Origin: Picochlorum sp. SENEW3
Taxonomy: Eukaryota
Length of the DNA stretch: 64,000 bases
Direction of reading: 5' to 3'
Assembly: GCA_034226945.1 (NCBI GenBank)
Contig: CP120455.1
Location: 186,001-250,000 of the forward strand
The notes under the pieces were generated by a model. That model saw only the letters and a list, made by a program, of their open reading frames with translations, was not told the DNA's origin and did not search any database. Both the position numbers and the translations under genes were made by a program. This document shows, piece after piece, positions 46,559 through 57,197 of the stretch (position 1 is its first letter; each line of letters begins with the position of its first letter).

Positions 46559-48160
46559 ATGGGTCCCAATAGACAGGCTGCTGCTGATAGTATGAAGGCG
46601 TTTTTGGAAGATTTGACTGGGGTGGAGCCAACGGATGCATCTGCATGGAGGTATGTGGATCCCAAAATCCAAGGGAAGCACCATGGGCCCTATGGGCATT
46701 CCAAAATGCTGGCATGGTACCACAAGGGGTATTTTGAGTCGAAAATGGCCATGTTATATGAGAATCCAGTGATTCGAGTTTGGGTTCCAGTGTGGATTTT
46801 GGAATATGTGGAGCATTCTGATTCGACTGGTGTGCCAGTGCAGAAAAGTGTGGATGGTATGGAATGGGAAGCGACAGTGCAGGATGTGGCCGAGCTTCGT
46901 ACATCGTATGTTGAGGTTGTACAAAAACATGATGATGGGTCGGTTGGTGGTACTGAGGCTGTGACAGGAGGGTTTGGTGGAGGGGTTGCTCCAATGGATT
47001 ACGATGCAGTTGAAGTTGCATGGGATGATGGGACTGTTATGCATCTTGTTGCTGTGTTGGATACCAATGTGCTGCTGAGTCATTTTTCATTTTTAGAGCG
47101 AGCGTTTCAAGAAATGCTGAGTTCTAGCTCATCATATGAGCTGATGGTTATTGTGCCATGGGTTGTGCTGAATGAATTGGATCATTTGAAGGAAGGAAGG
47201 AATAGAGAGGCAGCCATGTATGCCATCAAACGAATCAACACGTTGAATTCTCAGCGAGATTCGTTTTTATTTATTCAGAGTGCAAAAAGCCATACGACTG
47301 CCGTCAATACGGTATCACTTCCGGATCAGAGACAGAGCCTGAGAAATGATGATTTCATCATGCAAACGTGCATGTATTTTGAGCAGACTCTGGTGCAGAA
47401 TATGCGGAAAAAGGGCCACAAAGCGTGTATTACATTGGTTTCTAATGATCAAGGGCTTCAAATGAGAGCAACAGCCAATGGATTGAATTGTATTAAAGCC
47501 GTAGAGTTTGCTACAAATGGTAAGAAGCTTGTGGAAAAGATTGAAGTAGAGCACAGCATCTCGATGCCTGGAGAGAGTGACGTAACGAACAAGAGTAATA
47601 CCGGGGTTCATGCAATGGAACAGCTTCTTAGTCGTGTGGTGGACACGAAACATGTTGAGGAACCAAGAAGTTCTGTGGTTGTTCAGGCTGTGCAATCTCC
47701 ACCTCATGTCCTGTCCATGCATGATCTCCACATGCTTATCATTGACGCAATAGCACATGGTTTAGGGACAGTCGTCATGTATTTTAGACAGCAAGATCTA
47801 GGGGACATGTGGGAGGAACTCTTGGAGGATGAACTCAAACCACCATGGGAAGCACCACAGGTGTTAAAGGTAATGATACGGCATTCAACAACATTTTGGC
47901 ATATATTTGATCGAAACTTGACCCAGGATGCAAAGGTGTTGCTACGATATTTACACTTTCGGGCATTTGAAGCACATGCGCATGACTGTGTATTGATTGT
48001 GATGAGGCTCTTGCATGCCTCACAGGCAGCATTCAGTAAACCATTTGATGGCGAGGCACCGGATCCTGCAACAGTTCCAAACTTTGTCTCCCTTGGCCAA
48101 GCCAAGAAGGCCATAGAAGATAGCATTTCTAGTATCAATAGTTTTATTCATGCTCTATGA
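46559..48160 (+). CDS. GYF + PIN domain protein (SWT1-like nuclease)
   Basis: WRYVDP..GPY..MLAWYHKGYF; VLDTNVLL, PWVVLNELD, NDDFI, LVSNDQGL. Confidence 0.8.
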   Translation: MGPNRQAAADSMKAFLEDLTGVEPTDASAWRYVDPKIQGKHHGPYGHSKMLAWYHKGYFESKMAMLYENPVIRVWVPVWILEYVEHSDSTGVPVQKSVDGMEWEATVQDVAELRTSYVEVVQKHDDGSVGGTEAVTGGFGGGVAPMDYDAVEVAWDDGTVMHLVAVLDTNVLLSHFSFLERAFQEMLSSSSSYELMVIVPWVVLNELDHLKEGRNREAAMYAIKRINTLNSQRDSFLFIQSAKSHTTAVNTVSLPDQRQSLRNDDFIMQTCMYFEQTLVQNMRKKGHKACITLVSNDQGLQMRATANGLNCIKAVEFATNGKKLVEKIEVEHSISMPGESDVTNKSNTGVHAMEQLLSRVVDTKHVEEPRSSVVVQAVQSPPHVLSMHDLHMLIIDAIAHGLGTVVMYFRQQDLGDMWEELLEDELKPPWEAPQVLKVMIRHSTTFWHIFDRNLTQDAKVLLRYLHFRAFEAHAHDCVLIVMRLLHASQAAFSKPFDGEAPDPATVPNFVSLGQAKKAIEDSISSINSFIHAL

Positions 48161-48201
48161 TATGCGTCCTCATTAGTCCATGTGATCGTTCCAAACCCAC
48201 A

Positions 48202-49183
48202 TTAATTCGTACTGCTGACTTCTATACCGTCTAGTAATTGGACATGTACTGATCTGTAAAGATCACCAAGAAATCTATGCAAGGCTGGACCATGGGTTCT
48301 GAAGGGTGCGGCACCGAGGACACCATAAAGTTTCTCAAAGATGGCAGACAAATTTTCTTTAGTCATGGCGTCACGCTTTCTTTTCTTTCTACGTCCCCTG
48401 TCGCCCTGGCAATCAAACCCAAGGAACAAGTCCAGCTCACGTGGTGGCTGCAGTTTCCAAGATTCTGTTCCACAATCCAGGTGATTTAATGCCCATAAAA
48501 TGTCGACTATGTCTTCGAAAACCTTTTCTATATAAGACTGGCTCACGCTCTCTGGACATGTGACGAGGTTTTGTTCACAAAAGTCCAGCAAAGTATTCCA
48601 AAGTTTGTTCCTGCCAATGGTATTTGGTCCTGGCTCGGGCAATCCATTGCGATGACTCTTCGTCCGCAAAACCTGCTCAACGTCAGGTTGTATTTCATTT
48701 TCTTCCTTCACGACTGCTCTAGTAGCTTGTATACGAGCGCTTTCTTGTCCCTGATCATTCTCCTCCAGAAAAGACGTAACCTTGAAACTCACATCCAGTC
48801 TTAAAAGGTTGCTGCCATTCAATTCTAACAAGGTCTTCATATCGATTAGGGCAGCATTGTGTGCCCCAAGTTGAACAACTTGTCCATGTGAATCATTTAA
48901 AAGAATCTGCAGCAGCATTGCAATACGCGAGTCTTTAAACAGGCCGTGCCAAGCCAAAACATGCAAAGCATCTCACCTCGGTGATACGAGTCCCCGGTGC
49001 GTCTAGATAAGGCCCAATCTTTGTATTTTTGATAGTCACAATCTCATCTTGTAAGCAGATGACGTCTGATAGCGCATCCGTTGGTAAAATCTGAGTGAGA
49101 AAGCTATTCCAAGAGTTTGTCTTGCTCTCCAGTTCATCCGTTAGTTTGAAACAAAGTCGCACGTTGATACCACTTTCCGGCAT
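48202..49183 (-). CDS. Hypothetical protein, probably 2 exons
   Basis: Two ORFs joinable by a GTGAGA...CTGCAG intron (about 48977-48907); basic RRKKRKR patch. Confidence 0.5.
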
Positions 49184-49391
49184 TTTATCAAAAATAAATA
49201 TTTATCCAGCGTAATCTCAGTACTGACAGCCGCTAATCAGAGTGGAGTAATTCAAATTTAAATCTGTTCGCACATTTGGGTGGGCACCTCTTAGATCTGT
49301 AGATCTGCCTCTCTAGAGACATCATCTAGATGATGGCACAGATCTGTGCCAAACAGGAAACAGTACAGCATCATTATGATATTACACATCA

Positions 49392-51047
49392 TCATGTATT
49401 AGTAAATCTCTCATTCTGTTCTTTCGTTTTTGACGCATTTTCATAGCGATCCATCCATTTTCCTAACTGGGTGAAAAATGGGGCTAGGAAGCTATCCTGG
49501 CGGCTCTTTGCTTTCAATGTGGAAAAGTTTGCTGGTAGTTGAACAATCTGTTTCTCCTGCATGCTAAAGTTCCTCAGCTCTGCAGCTCTATTGTACAAGC
49601 CTTGTTCTTCTTCCATCTGTGCCCATGCCAGCCATGATGGGTCTGATGATGCATCTGCCTTCACAGCACATTTGAACAACTCCCGGGCAAGCTCAATATT
49701 CCCCTGGTCTTGTTCCAATAATGCCCACGCCTGAAAAACCAATGATGTATCCTTTGCACGGGGGGTGGCGGCCCACACGCCCTGCTGGAACAATTCTCTA
49801 GCGTCATCTATATTTCCAGCGCGCTGCTCCATACATCCCCATGCTTGCCACACATACAGATGCTTTGAATCAGCCCTCGAGGCTTTCTTAAACAGTCTCC
49901 TAGCTTCATCTAAATTTCCCTGAGATTCTTCCATAAGAGCCCATGCCTGCGGCAGTGCTGCATCAGAGCGATTCATTGCAGTACCCTTTCTAAACAATTC
50001 TCTTGCATAGTTAATATTCCCCAAATTCTTTTCCCAAAGAGCCCACGACAAGAATGTATACCTACTTCTTGGAGATGCTTGCAATCCCTTCTCAAACAGC
50101 TGTCTAATAATGTTTTCATCGCTCCCAAGTCTCACTTCCATACACGCCCATGCATGCCATATGGCATGGCTGTCTCGACCACGAGTTGCCAGTGTGCCTT
50201 CACGAAACCACCTGCGAGCTTCATCTGACTTATTCAGGTCCACTGCAAGCACCGCTAATGATTGGAAAAGATATGGGCTGCCATCTGGGCGAGTCGCATC
50301 GATACCACGAATCCAAATATCCCTTGCTCGTGCAAAATTGCCTTGTGCCTTCTCCAACAGACCCCATCCATGATACGCAGCAGCATGACGAGAATCTGCA
50401 ACAATCGCCGCATCAAACAACTTTCTTGCCAGTGACACATTTCCTCGTTTTACAGCTAGATTGGCCCATGATGTCCAGAGGAAGGGATTCACTCCACGAG
50501 TGGCAGCACACCCAGAATCATACAGGGCCTCTGCTTCATCATACCGCCGCTTCTGAACCAAAATCTTGCCAAGTATAACATATGCCCTCCCATCTTCGGG
50601 ATCCATATCAATGCATTGTCGCAAACTACTCTCAGCCTCGCGCGACAATTTTGCTCTATCGTTTGGATTTGACACTCTGTTGGACTGAATCCGCAACTGA
50701 CGTGCTCTGTAGAGAGCCAAATCCAGGTTTATCTTCAATGGCTTTTTACGCATAGGCTTGGTGCTTGGCAGACTTTCTTCTCTCTCATCATACTCGTCAA
50801 CCATATACACGCCATTATTATTGTCTTCCTGTGGTGCACTATAGCATATCAGAGAGAGGGTAGAGGAGTTTCGCCCACTCAACCAAGCATTGTGCAGTTG
50901 CCTCTCATGGCCACATCCAATGTCTGAGGCATTAATTGCCTTATTCCTAAAGTTAATTACGACTTCCAATACACTACCATGTCGAGGAACGATGACAGGT
51001 CGAAGACCGCCTTTGTGACTTCCAAACATGCGGACCCAGCACGTCAC
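49392..51047 (-). CDS. HAT/TPR-repeat plastid RNA maturation factor (HCF107/Mbb1-like)
   Basis: INLDLALYRA, DPEDGRAYV and repeated W..ME...GN...AR.LF units; start uncertain. Confidence 0.82.
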   Translation of the reverse strand: MTCWVRMFGSHKGGLRPVIVPRHGSVLEVVINFRNKAINASDIGCGHERQLHNAWLSGRNSSTLSLICYSAPQEDNNNGVYMVDEYDEREESLPSTKPMRKKPLKINLDLALYRARQLRIQSNRVSNPNDRAKLSREAESSLRQCIDMDPEDGRAYVILGKILVQKRRYDEAEALYDSGCAATRGVNPFLWTSWANLAVKRGNVSLARKLFDAAIVADSRHAAAYHGWGLLEKAQGNFARARDIWIRGIDATRPDGSPYLFQSLAVLAVDLNKSDEARRWFREGTLATRGRDSHAIWHAWACMEVRLGSDENIIRQLFEKGLQASPRSRYTFLSWALWEKNLGNINYARELFRKGTAMNRSDAALPQAWALMEESQGNLDEARRLFKKASRADSKHLYVWQAWGCMEQRAGNIDDARELFQQGVWAATPRAKDTSLVFQAWALLEQDQGNIELARELFKCAVKADASSDPSWLAWAQMEEEQGLYNRAAELRNFSMQEKQIVQLPANFSTLKAKSRQDSFLAPFFTQLGKWMDRYENASKTKEQNERFTNT

Positions 51048-51328
51048 TCTAGCTCTTCCTACGCGAGTAACAAATGTTTTAGCCCACTGTAGTTTATTTT
51101 ACGTCTGATTGAGTCGGCTGGACCTCTGCTCTTCTTCCAGAAACTTGGCATGGCGCGTCGCGACCAGATCTCAGATCTTATTAGAGATCTAGATCTCTCA
51201 TCTTATCTGGCTGAGGTCATGGAAGTACTACTACTGGAATGACCATATGGTGGCGTGATCGTCTCGCGAGTGGCATATTTTATCTGAGTATTTACATACA
51301 TCACGACAGTGTCCTGAGGAAACGAATC

Positions 51329-52717
51329 ATGATGGCTTCCAGATGCACAAGAACAACCACATGTGGTGTCAGAGTACCCAACTCTGGCTTGGTACAACAG
51401 AGCAAGGCTGCTGGGCGTACTCTGATGACTGAGCAAGCAAAGAAACTCTCGGTATGTTGAATTGAAAGCGCTGCCCCTCTGAAAATCCGAGGGTTTTTGA
51501 GGCCACATACATGTGGTAGTAGACATGTGAGAACAATCTCTCTGTTTTGCTTTGGATCCAAAGAGGGATTGGGCGTCAAATCTTGTTTTTTCTCTTGAAT
51601 TTAATGAATATTTTGATTGAATGGTGTGCAGAATGTGAGTCAGGTTTCCTCTCGCAGTGGGGTTAGTGTCTCAGCTTCTGCAGGAACGGTCACCCCTGTG
51701 GTAGCAGCCTCAGCCGATGTGGCTCCCAAGAAGATTTTGATGCTCGGAGGAACTCGCTTCATCGGAGTGTATCTTGCAAGAATGCTTGTGGAGCAGGGTC
51801 ACGAGGTTACTCTCTTGACACGAGGAAAGTCTCCAGTCACATCAAAGATTCCAGATGATACTGATGAGTCCTACGAGAAGTATGCATCAGCCGTGAAGCA
51901 TATTGCATGCGACAGAAAGGATAATGATGCTATGAAGGCTGCACTTTCTGGCCAAGGATTCCAGGTTGTGTATGATATGAATGGACGTGAGGCTGAGGAT
52001 GCTGAGCCAATTTTGGATGCACTTCCAGACATTGAGCAGTACATCTTCTGCTCCTCTGCTGGAGTATACATGAAGAGCGATCAGATGCCACACCGTGAGG
52101 AAGACGAGGTTGATTTCGCTTCTCGCCACAAGGGAAAGCTCAACACTGAGAATTTGTTGCGCGAGCGTGGGGTCAACTTCACCTCCATCCGACCAGTGTA
52201 CATTTATGGCCCATTGAACTACAACCCAGTCGAGGAATGGTTCTTCCACCGCATCAAGGCTGGAAGACCAATTCCGGTGCCAAACTCTGGCATCCAGGTC
52301 ACCCAGTTGGGACATGTGAAGGATCTTGCCGTTGCCTTTGTCAAGGTGCTGGGAAATCCAAAGGCTGCCAACCAGGTGTACAACATCTCAGGAGCACGCT
52401 TTGTCACATTTGACGGTATTGCCAAAGCATGCGCAGAGGCTGCTGGAGCTCCAGAGCCAGAGCTGGTGCACTACAATCCAAAGGACTTTGACTTTGGAAA
52501 GGCCAAGGCCTTCCCAATGAGAGACCAGCACTTCTTTGCCTCCATCGACAAGGCTGTCGCTGAGTTGGACTGGGAGCCTGAATTCGGATTGGTTGACGGT
52601 TTGAAAGATTCTTATGACAAGGACTTCTCCAGGGGAACATACAGAAAGGAGGCTGACTTCACCACAGATGATATGATTTTGGAAAAGTTGGGCTACAAAG
52701 TCCCAACCATGGCATAA
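51329..52717 (+). CDS. CSP41B: Chloroplast stem-loop binding protein CSP41b (RAP38)
   Basis: Transit exon, intron about 51452-51631; GGTRFIG, CSSAGVY, NYNPVEEWFF, FPMRDQHFF. Confidence 0.92.
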
Positions 52718-52850
52718 TGCGAATGAATTGAATATATGTAATTTTTACAGCCGCTTCTATGTTTTACAAGTGATATCAGAAACCGGCAAATGCACGGAAA
52801 ATTGTGATATTCTGGACAAAATTCAGAGATCAATGCATCAAAATTCAATT

Positions 52851-53765
52851 TCACCAGCGCAGAGTCCCGCGTGGGATGTACTTCTCAATTAGGCTGTTGC
52901 AATAGTTTTTCAATTCATCTTCACTAAGACCGTTTGAAATATCTTGCCTCTTATATTCTACGGAATCCATGAATGTCTTGAGCTTGGGCAATAGCTGTAT
53001 GTCAGACTCTGACAATAAATCATGGTATGGATGCCCAGGCTTTACCAGTGCCCTGAATTTTTGAAAACGAATCATGAACAAAGCTTCAGGGGGCAAATTT
53101 GTCTTATTCAGAGCCAAAACCATGTATAAATACTCTGCACCACTCCAACTCATATACACAGACTGCAACCCACAGTTCTGCTTGTAAACACCCAATGGCG
53201 TCGCAAATGACTTTTTCCGCCGATCTGGATTCGCTTGGAAAAACTTTGCGTTGGATATTGAGCTGGAAAATCGGCATCCTACCGGAAACGATTCTCCACA
53301 AATACACCACTGTGGTTGGCTGCCAAATTTTGGATGTGCCAACAACTTGCCTAGCCCATGGATGAGGCCGACAAGTGCCATCCAGTCATCCTCGGGAAAT
53401 TTTTGCCTACAAATCTCTGCGCATTGAAATGCATGCTCCAGAAGAGGCATGTCTGGATCACATGCTTCATTCCCGGAAAGGGCTGCTTCATACTCTCTAA
53501 GGTCCTGCAGATTCTCAAGTGCAGACCAAATGTCGATTTCTCCTAATGATAACGTGGAAAATTTCTTAGCTTGTCTTTGAACGAAGTCAAATGTCTGCCT
53601 AGCGTGGTTCAGACGGCATAAAAGTTCCTGGGCAGCATGGTTCTCTGCCAGATGATCATCCTGAATCATTTTGTCCAAGTCAAGACTCGGACCTCGAAGG
53701 CTCAAGGCAGCCCCTTGGTCATTATCGGAGCTTTGTGCCTCTATAGGAGCAAATGAGCCCATCAT
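52851..53765 (-). CDS. Myo-inositol oxygenase-like protein with degenerate metal ligands
   Basis: HARQTFDFV, DPD...EHAFQ.AE, QW...GESFPVGCRF, CGL..VYMSW, terminal LRW. Confidence 0.85.
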   Translation of the reverse strand: MMGSFAPIEAQSSDNDQGAALSLRGPSLDLDKMIQDDHLAENHAAQELLCRLNHARQTFDFVQRQAKKFSTLSLGEIDIWSALENLQDLREYEAALSGNEACDPDMPLLEHAFQCAEICRQKFPEDDWMALVGLIHGLGKLLAHPKFGSQPQWCICGESFPVGCRFSSSISNAKFFQANPDRRKKSFATPLGVYKQNCGLQSVYMSWSGAEYLYMVLALNKTNLPPEALFMIRFQKFRALVKPGHPYHDLLSESDIQLLPKLKTFMDSVEYKRQDISNGLSEDELKNYCNSLIEKYIPRGTLRW

Positions 53766-54270
53766 CGCGGCCCGAATCAAATACTGCGGCAATCAAATGT
53801 GGGGTCCAAAAGAAGCGTTTCCAGTCGGCCTCCTCGATTAGAGATCCTAGCCTCGTCTGCACGGTATATAGTGGTTTAATATGCTGTATAAAGTCAAATT
53901 TCATGCAGATACGACTGCGAGCACGATGGATCAAAGAGAAAATCTATGCTCGTGATAGCCCGGCCCATGCATACGTGGCATACAGACTTCTGAGAAGCGC
54001 ACATGCGCACACAACCCATTAAAAGTTATTCAATCCTGTAACATGCCACTTTCATGGGCAACAGAGTACCGCACGCACCGCTTCTAGGATGAACTCGAGT
54101 GACGTTTGATGGTCCTGACAACCGAAACTTGATGGACGACAGACGTGAACTCTACGAGAATATTGACCCAATCATTTTGATAAAAGTGTGACTATAGTAA
54201 AATAAATATGACGATTCGGTCGGCCGAACCGGCATATGATGCTGTGGCCGTCAGAAAGGCATCTTGTACC

Positions 54271-54480
54271 TGCCTTATCTGTTGGAATCCAGTAGAAAAT
54301 GGTCTTACATGCCACATGCTTTGGATATTTGATAATGATATGTACAGGACATGGAACTTCATACAGCCTTACTTGCCTTATCTGTTGGAATCCAGTAGAA
54401 AATGGTCTTACATGCCACATGCTTTGGATATTTGATAATGATATGTACAGGACATGGAACTTCATACAGCCTTACTTGCC
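54271..54480. repeat. Perfect tandem duplication, 103-bp unit x2
   Basis: tgccttatctgttggaatcc... starts at 54271 and again at 54374. Confidence 0.95.
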
Positions 54481-54495
54481 GTATCATGGAGAGTT

Positions 54496-55622
54496 TTAAT
54501 GCAAGGAAACCATACAGGATGCAAGAATAAGTGTGGTGACCTGCAGCAGACAAGGGACGCATGTGATTGCTGATACGCTTGTGTCATGGACATTATGATG
54601 GTAAAATACGTACACTCATAAATCCAAAGAGTCTTTCCGATGATGAAACGGATTCCCCACTGACGGAAGCCTCGTCATCGTGGTCATGGTCATGATCCTC
54701 GTCATCGTGGTCATGGTCATGATCCTCGTCATCGTGGTCGTGGTCATGGGCCTCATCGTTTCCAATGTCGCTCAGTACGAGCTTTGGAAACTCTTCTTGG
54801 AGAGCTGGATCATCGGGGATCAATGGATAATCGAGGATATGAATAACAGACTGCATATGTAATAACAAACAAGGCGTATAGTCAATGCCGAACAAGTCTG
54901 AATACGCAATATGCAACAAGCAATGCAAAGTGTAGTGCATGCATACCTGACAAGCCTGAATATCACACTCTATTGGATCAGAGTCAATGTTTGTGTGTGA
55001 TCCAATATGAAGATGGTTTCCACCGCAACCTGCGTATTTTGGATCATCTTCCTTCTTAAAGTTGATGGAGATTTCATCACCATTCACCATGTCAATGACT
55101 TCACCCTCATAGAGATCGGATACGTTATGGGCAACGACATGAACGTGGTTCTGTAAAAAGTTTTCCAGACGATCGGATCCGAGAAGATCTTCCGCGGAGG
55201 CATCCACAGCCTCCAAAAATGTCGTCATCCCAGCATTGTTGGGAAGAAAGATTGTGGCATCCAGGGAGGGGTCGTCCAAAAACTCATTGAGACCTGCTGC
55301 ATCAATGGCTTGCTTGACAACACTCAGGGTAGGCTCATCAGAAATGGCCTGATAAGGAGTTGAGCATGTTTGAGCATTCACTGTCGCGGAGTACACGAGT
55401 CCTGCACCACACAAAGAGATGAGCTCACGAAAACACACTCGCATGCGCAGCCCAATACACCGCGTGCTTCTATTTTCAAATTCAATAGTATATTATAAAG
55501 TTTTTGATCAATAACTATGGATTCTAACGGCTAGAAAGTGTTCTGCACGTGTCCGTTCGATTCTAGATGTTTTGCGTACCTGCTCCCAAAATAGCGGTGA
55601 ACAACTGCTTAGCGCACATCAT
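54496..55622 (-). CDS. Secreted fasciclin (FAS1) protein with His/Asp tract and GPI-like tail, 4 exons
   Basis: Introns 55579-55402, 54946-54851, 54613-54541; MMCAKQLFTAILGAGLVYSATVNA signal; TIFLPNN and VIHILDYPL; tail FGFMSVTTLILASCMVSLH. Confidence 0.8.
54670..54750 (-). repeat. 27-bp coding tandem repeat encoding DHDHDHDDE units
   Basis: cctcgtcatcgtggtcatggtcatgat about 3 copies. Confidence 0.9.
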
Positions 55623-55828
55623 ATTTCTTAAAATACCTTTTATAAAGATAATAGCGTATATATTTATGCATATAGATGAGCGTGGAGAGAATTTAGAATC
55701 CTGGGGACGGCGATGGCGTCTTTGACCCTGGAATCCAGAATCGGTGGCGTCTCAGGCATCCGCAATATTGGTATACTTGGACATTATTCGCTGTATAAAA
55801 TATACATTACTAAAATATATAATACATC

Positions 55829-57106
55829 ATGGGTGTCTCCAAGGCAGATTTCATGCGATTGAACATTGTTGTAAAATTGGGCTTTATGCTCACGTGGTAC
55901 GTGGTATTTATTGGCTGCGAGGCCTTTTTTTACATATGAAACACGTTGTCCATCTTTAAATATATATTATGTACAATTTAGGGTGAATGCGGTTCTATCA
56001 GCAAGCTCAACGGAGCAGCTCTCCACCATTTTTGAACAGTGCTGCTTGGAGCCAGACTCGTGCCTAGAGTGGAGGCCACTTTTCTCTGGGAATGGCAGTG
56101 CGACAATCCAAGCAATTTGCTCTTTAGCCAGCATCACATGCGATTCTCAGCAAAACATCATTGAACTTAAAGCACCAGGTACTCATTTGATTCGTGCACC
56201 CTCCTTCTTTCCAGTGCGCTGAAGTATTGATGCAACTATTGTACCACATTGCAGGAATGGGTTTGACATGCAACCTGCCGGATGCTCCAATCCAAGAGCT
56301 ACAGAATCTCCAGTTACTCGATCTATCTAATAATAGAATCTCCGGGCCAATCCCAGAGTTTTTGCCAGAGAGTTTGGTGGAGATCAGAATGAACAACAAT
56401 GAACTCATTGGTGCTGTTCCACATTCCCTGGCCACGCATCCAAATCTTAAAACATTACGCCTTGACTATAATCAGATAGAAAGCCTTCCAATTGAGTGGA
56501 CATCCATGGTATACGATGCATCTAATTCACCATTTCCACTCCAGGCAGTCCACCTTGGACATAATACTCTACAGGTATGTGTGCTCTTTATTTTATTTTA
56601 TTTATAGAGTCCATTCAGATTACATATATACACATATCATGCCCATATGAGGGCAAAATATCATCGCATATAATGTATACAATATTTTCATACAGGGATC
56701 GTTTCCACAAGGCTTGGCATACTTTCCATTCTTACGTGTGCTGGAACTTCAGCACAATACCTTGTCAGGTCCAATGGGACCAAAAGACAGCTCGGGAGCA
56801 TTTCGCCAGCTCAACCTGCTTGATGTGTCTGATAATTCACTCTCAGGCAGTCTCCCATCATGGACTGATTCAGTAAAAACATTCATCGCAGGAACAGGGA
56901 ACACCTTTACAGCTGCTTCTGATTCAAATGCACCCTCCTCAGATGCATCGTCATCAGGACTGAGTGGTGGAGCAATTGCTGGCATTGTAATTGGTGTGCT
57001 TGCAGGAGTCGGATGCATCGCTGCTGCCATTGTCCTCTTTATACGAAAACGCAAATCAGCAACCACCACCAAAGAACCACCAAATGCATATGAACGATAC
57101 ATATAG
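55829..57106 (+). CDS. LRR receptor-like single-pass protein without kinase, 4 exons
   Basis: Introns 55897-55981, 56179-56254, about 56575-56695; LDLSNNRISGPIP plant-type LRRs; GLSGGAIAGIVIGV TM + RKRK. Confidence 0.8.
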
Positions 57107-57197
57107 ATATGCAAGTTACAGTGCACATATCAATGACAATGACAACAAGAACAAAATACATGATTATAATAAGTAGAACATAGACACCAACTCATCA

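Noticed and set aside
54271..54480. Tandem repeat as a CRISPR array or snRNA
   Set aside because: No spacers, eukaryotic context and no recognisable snRNA motifs
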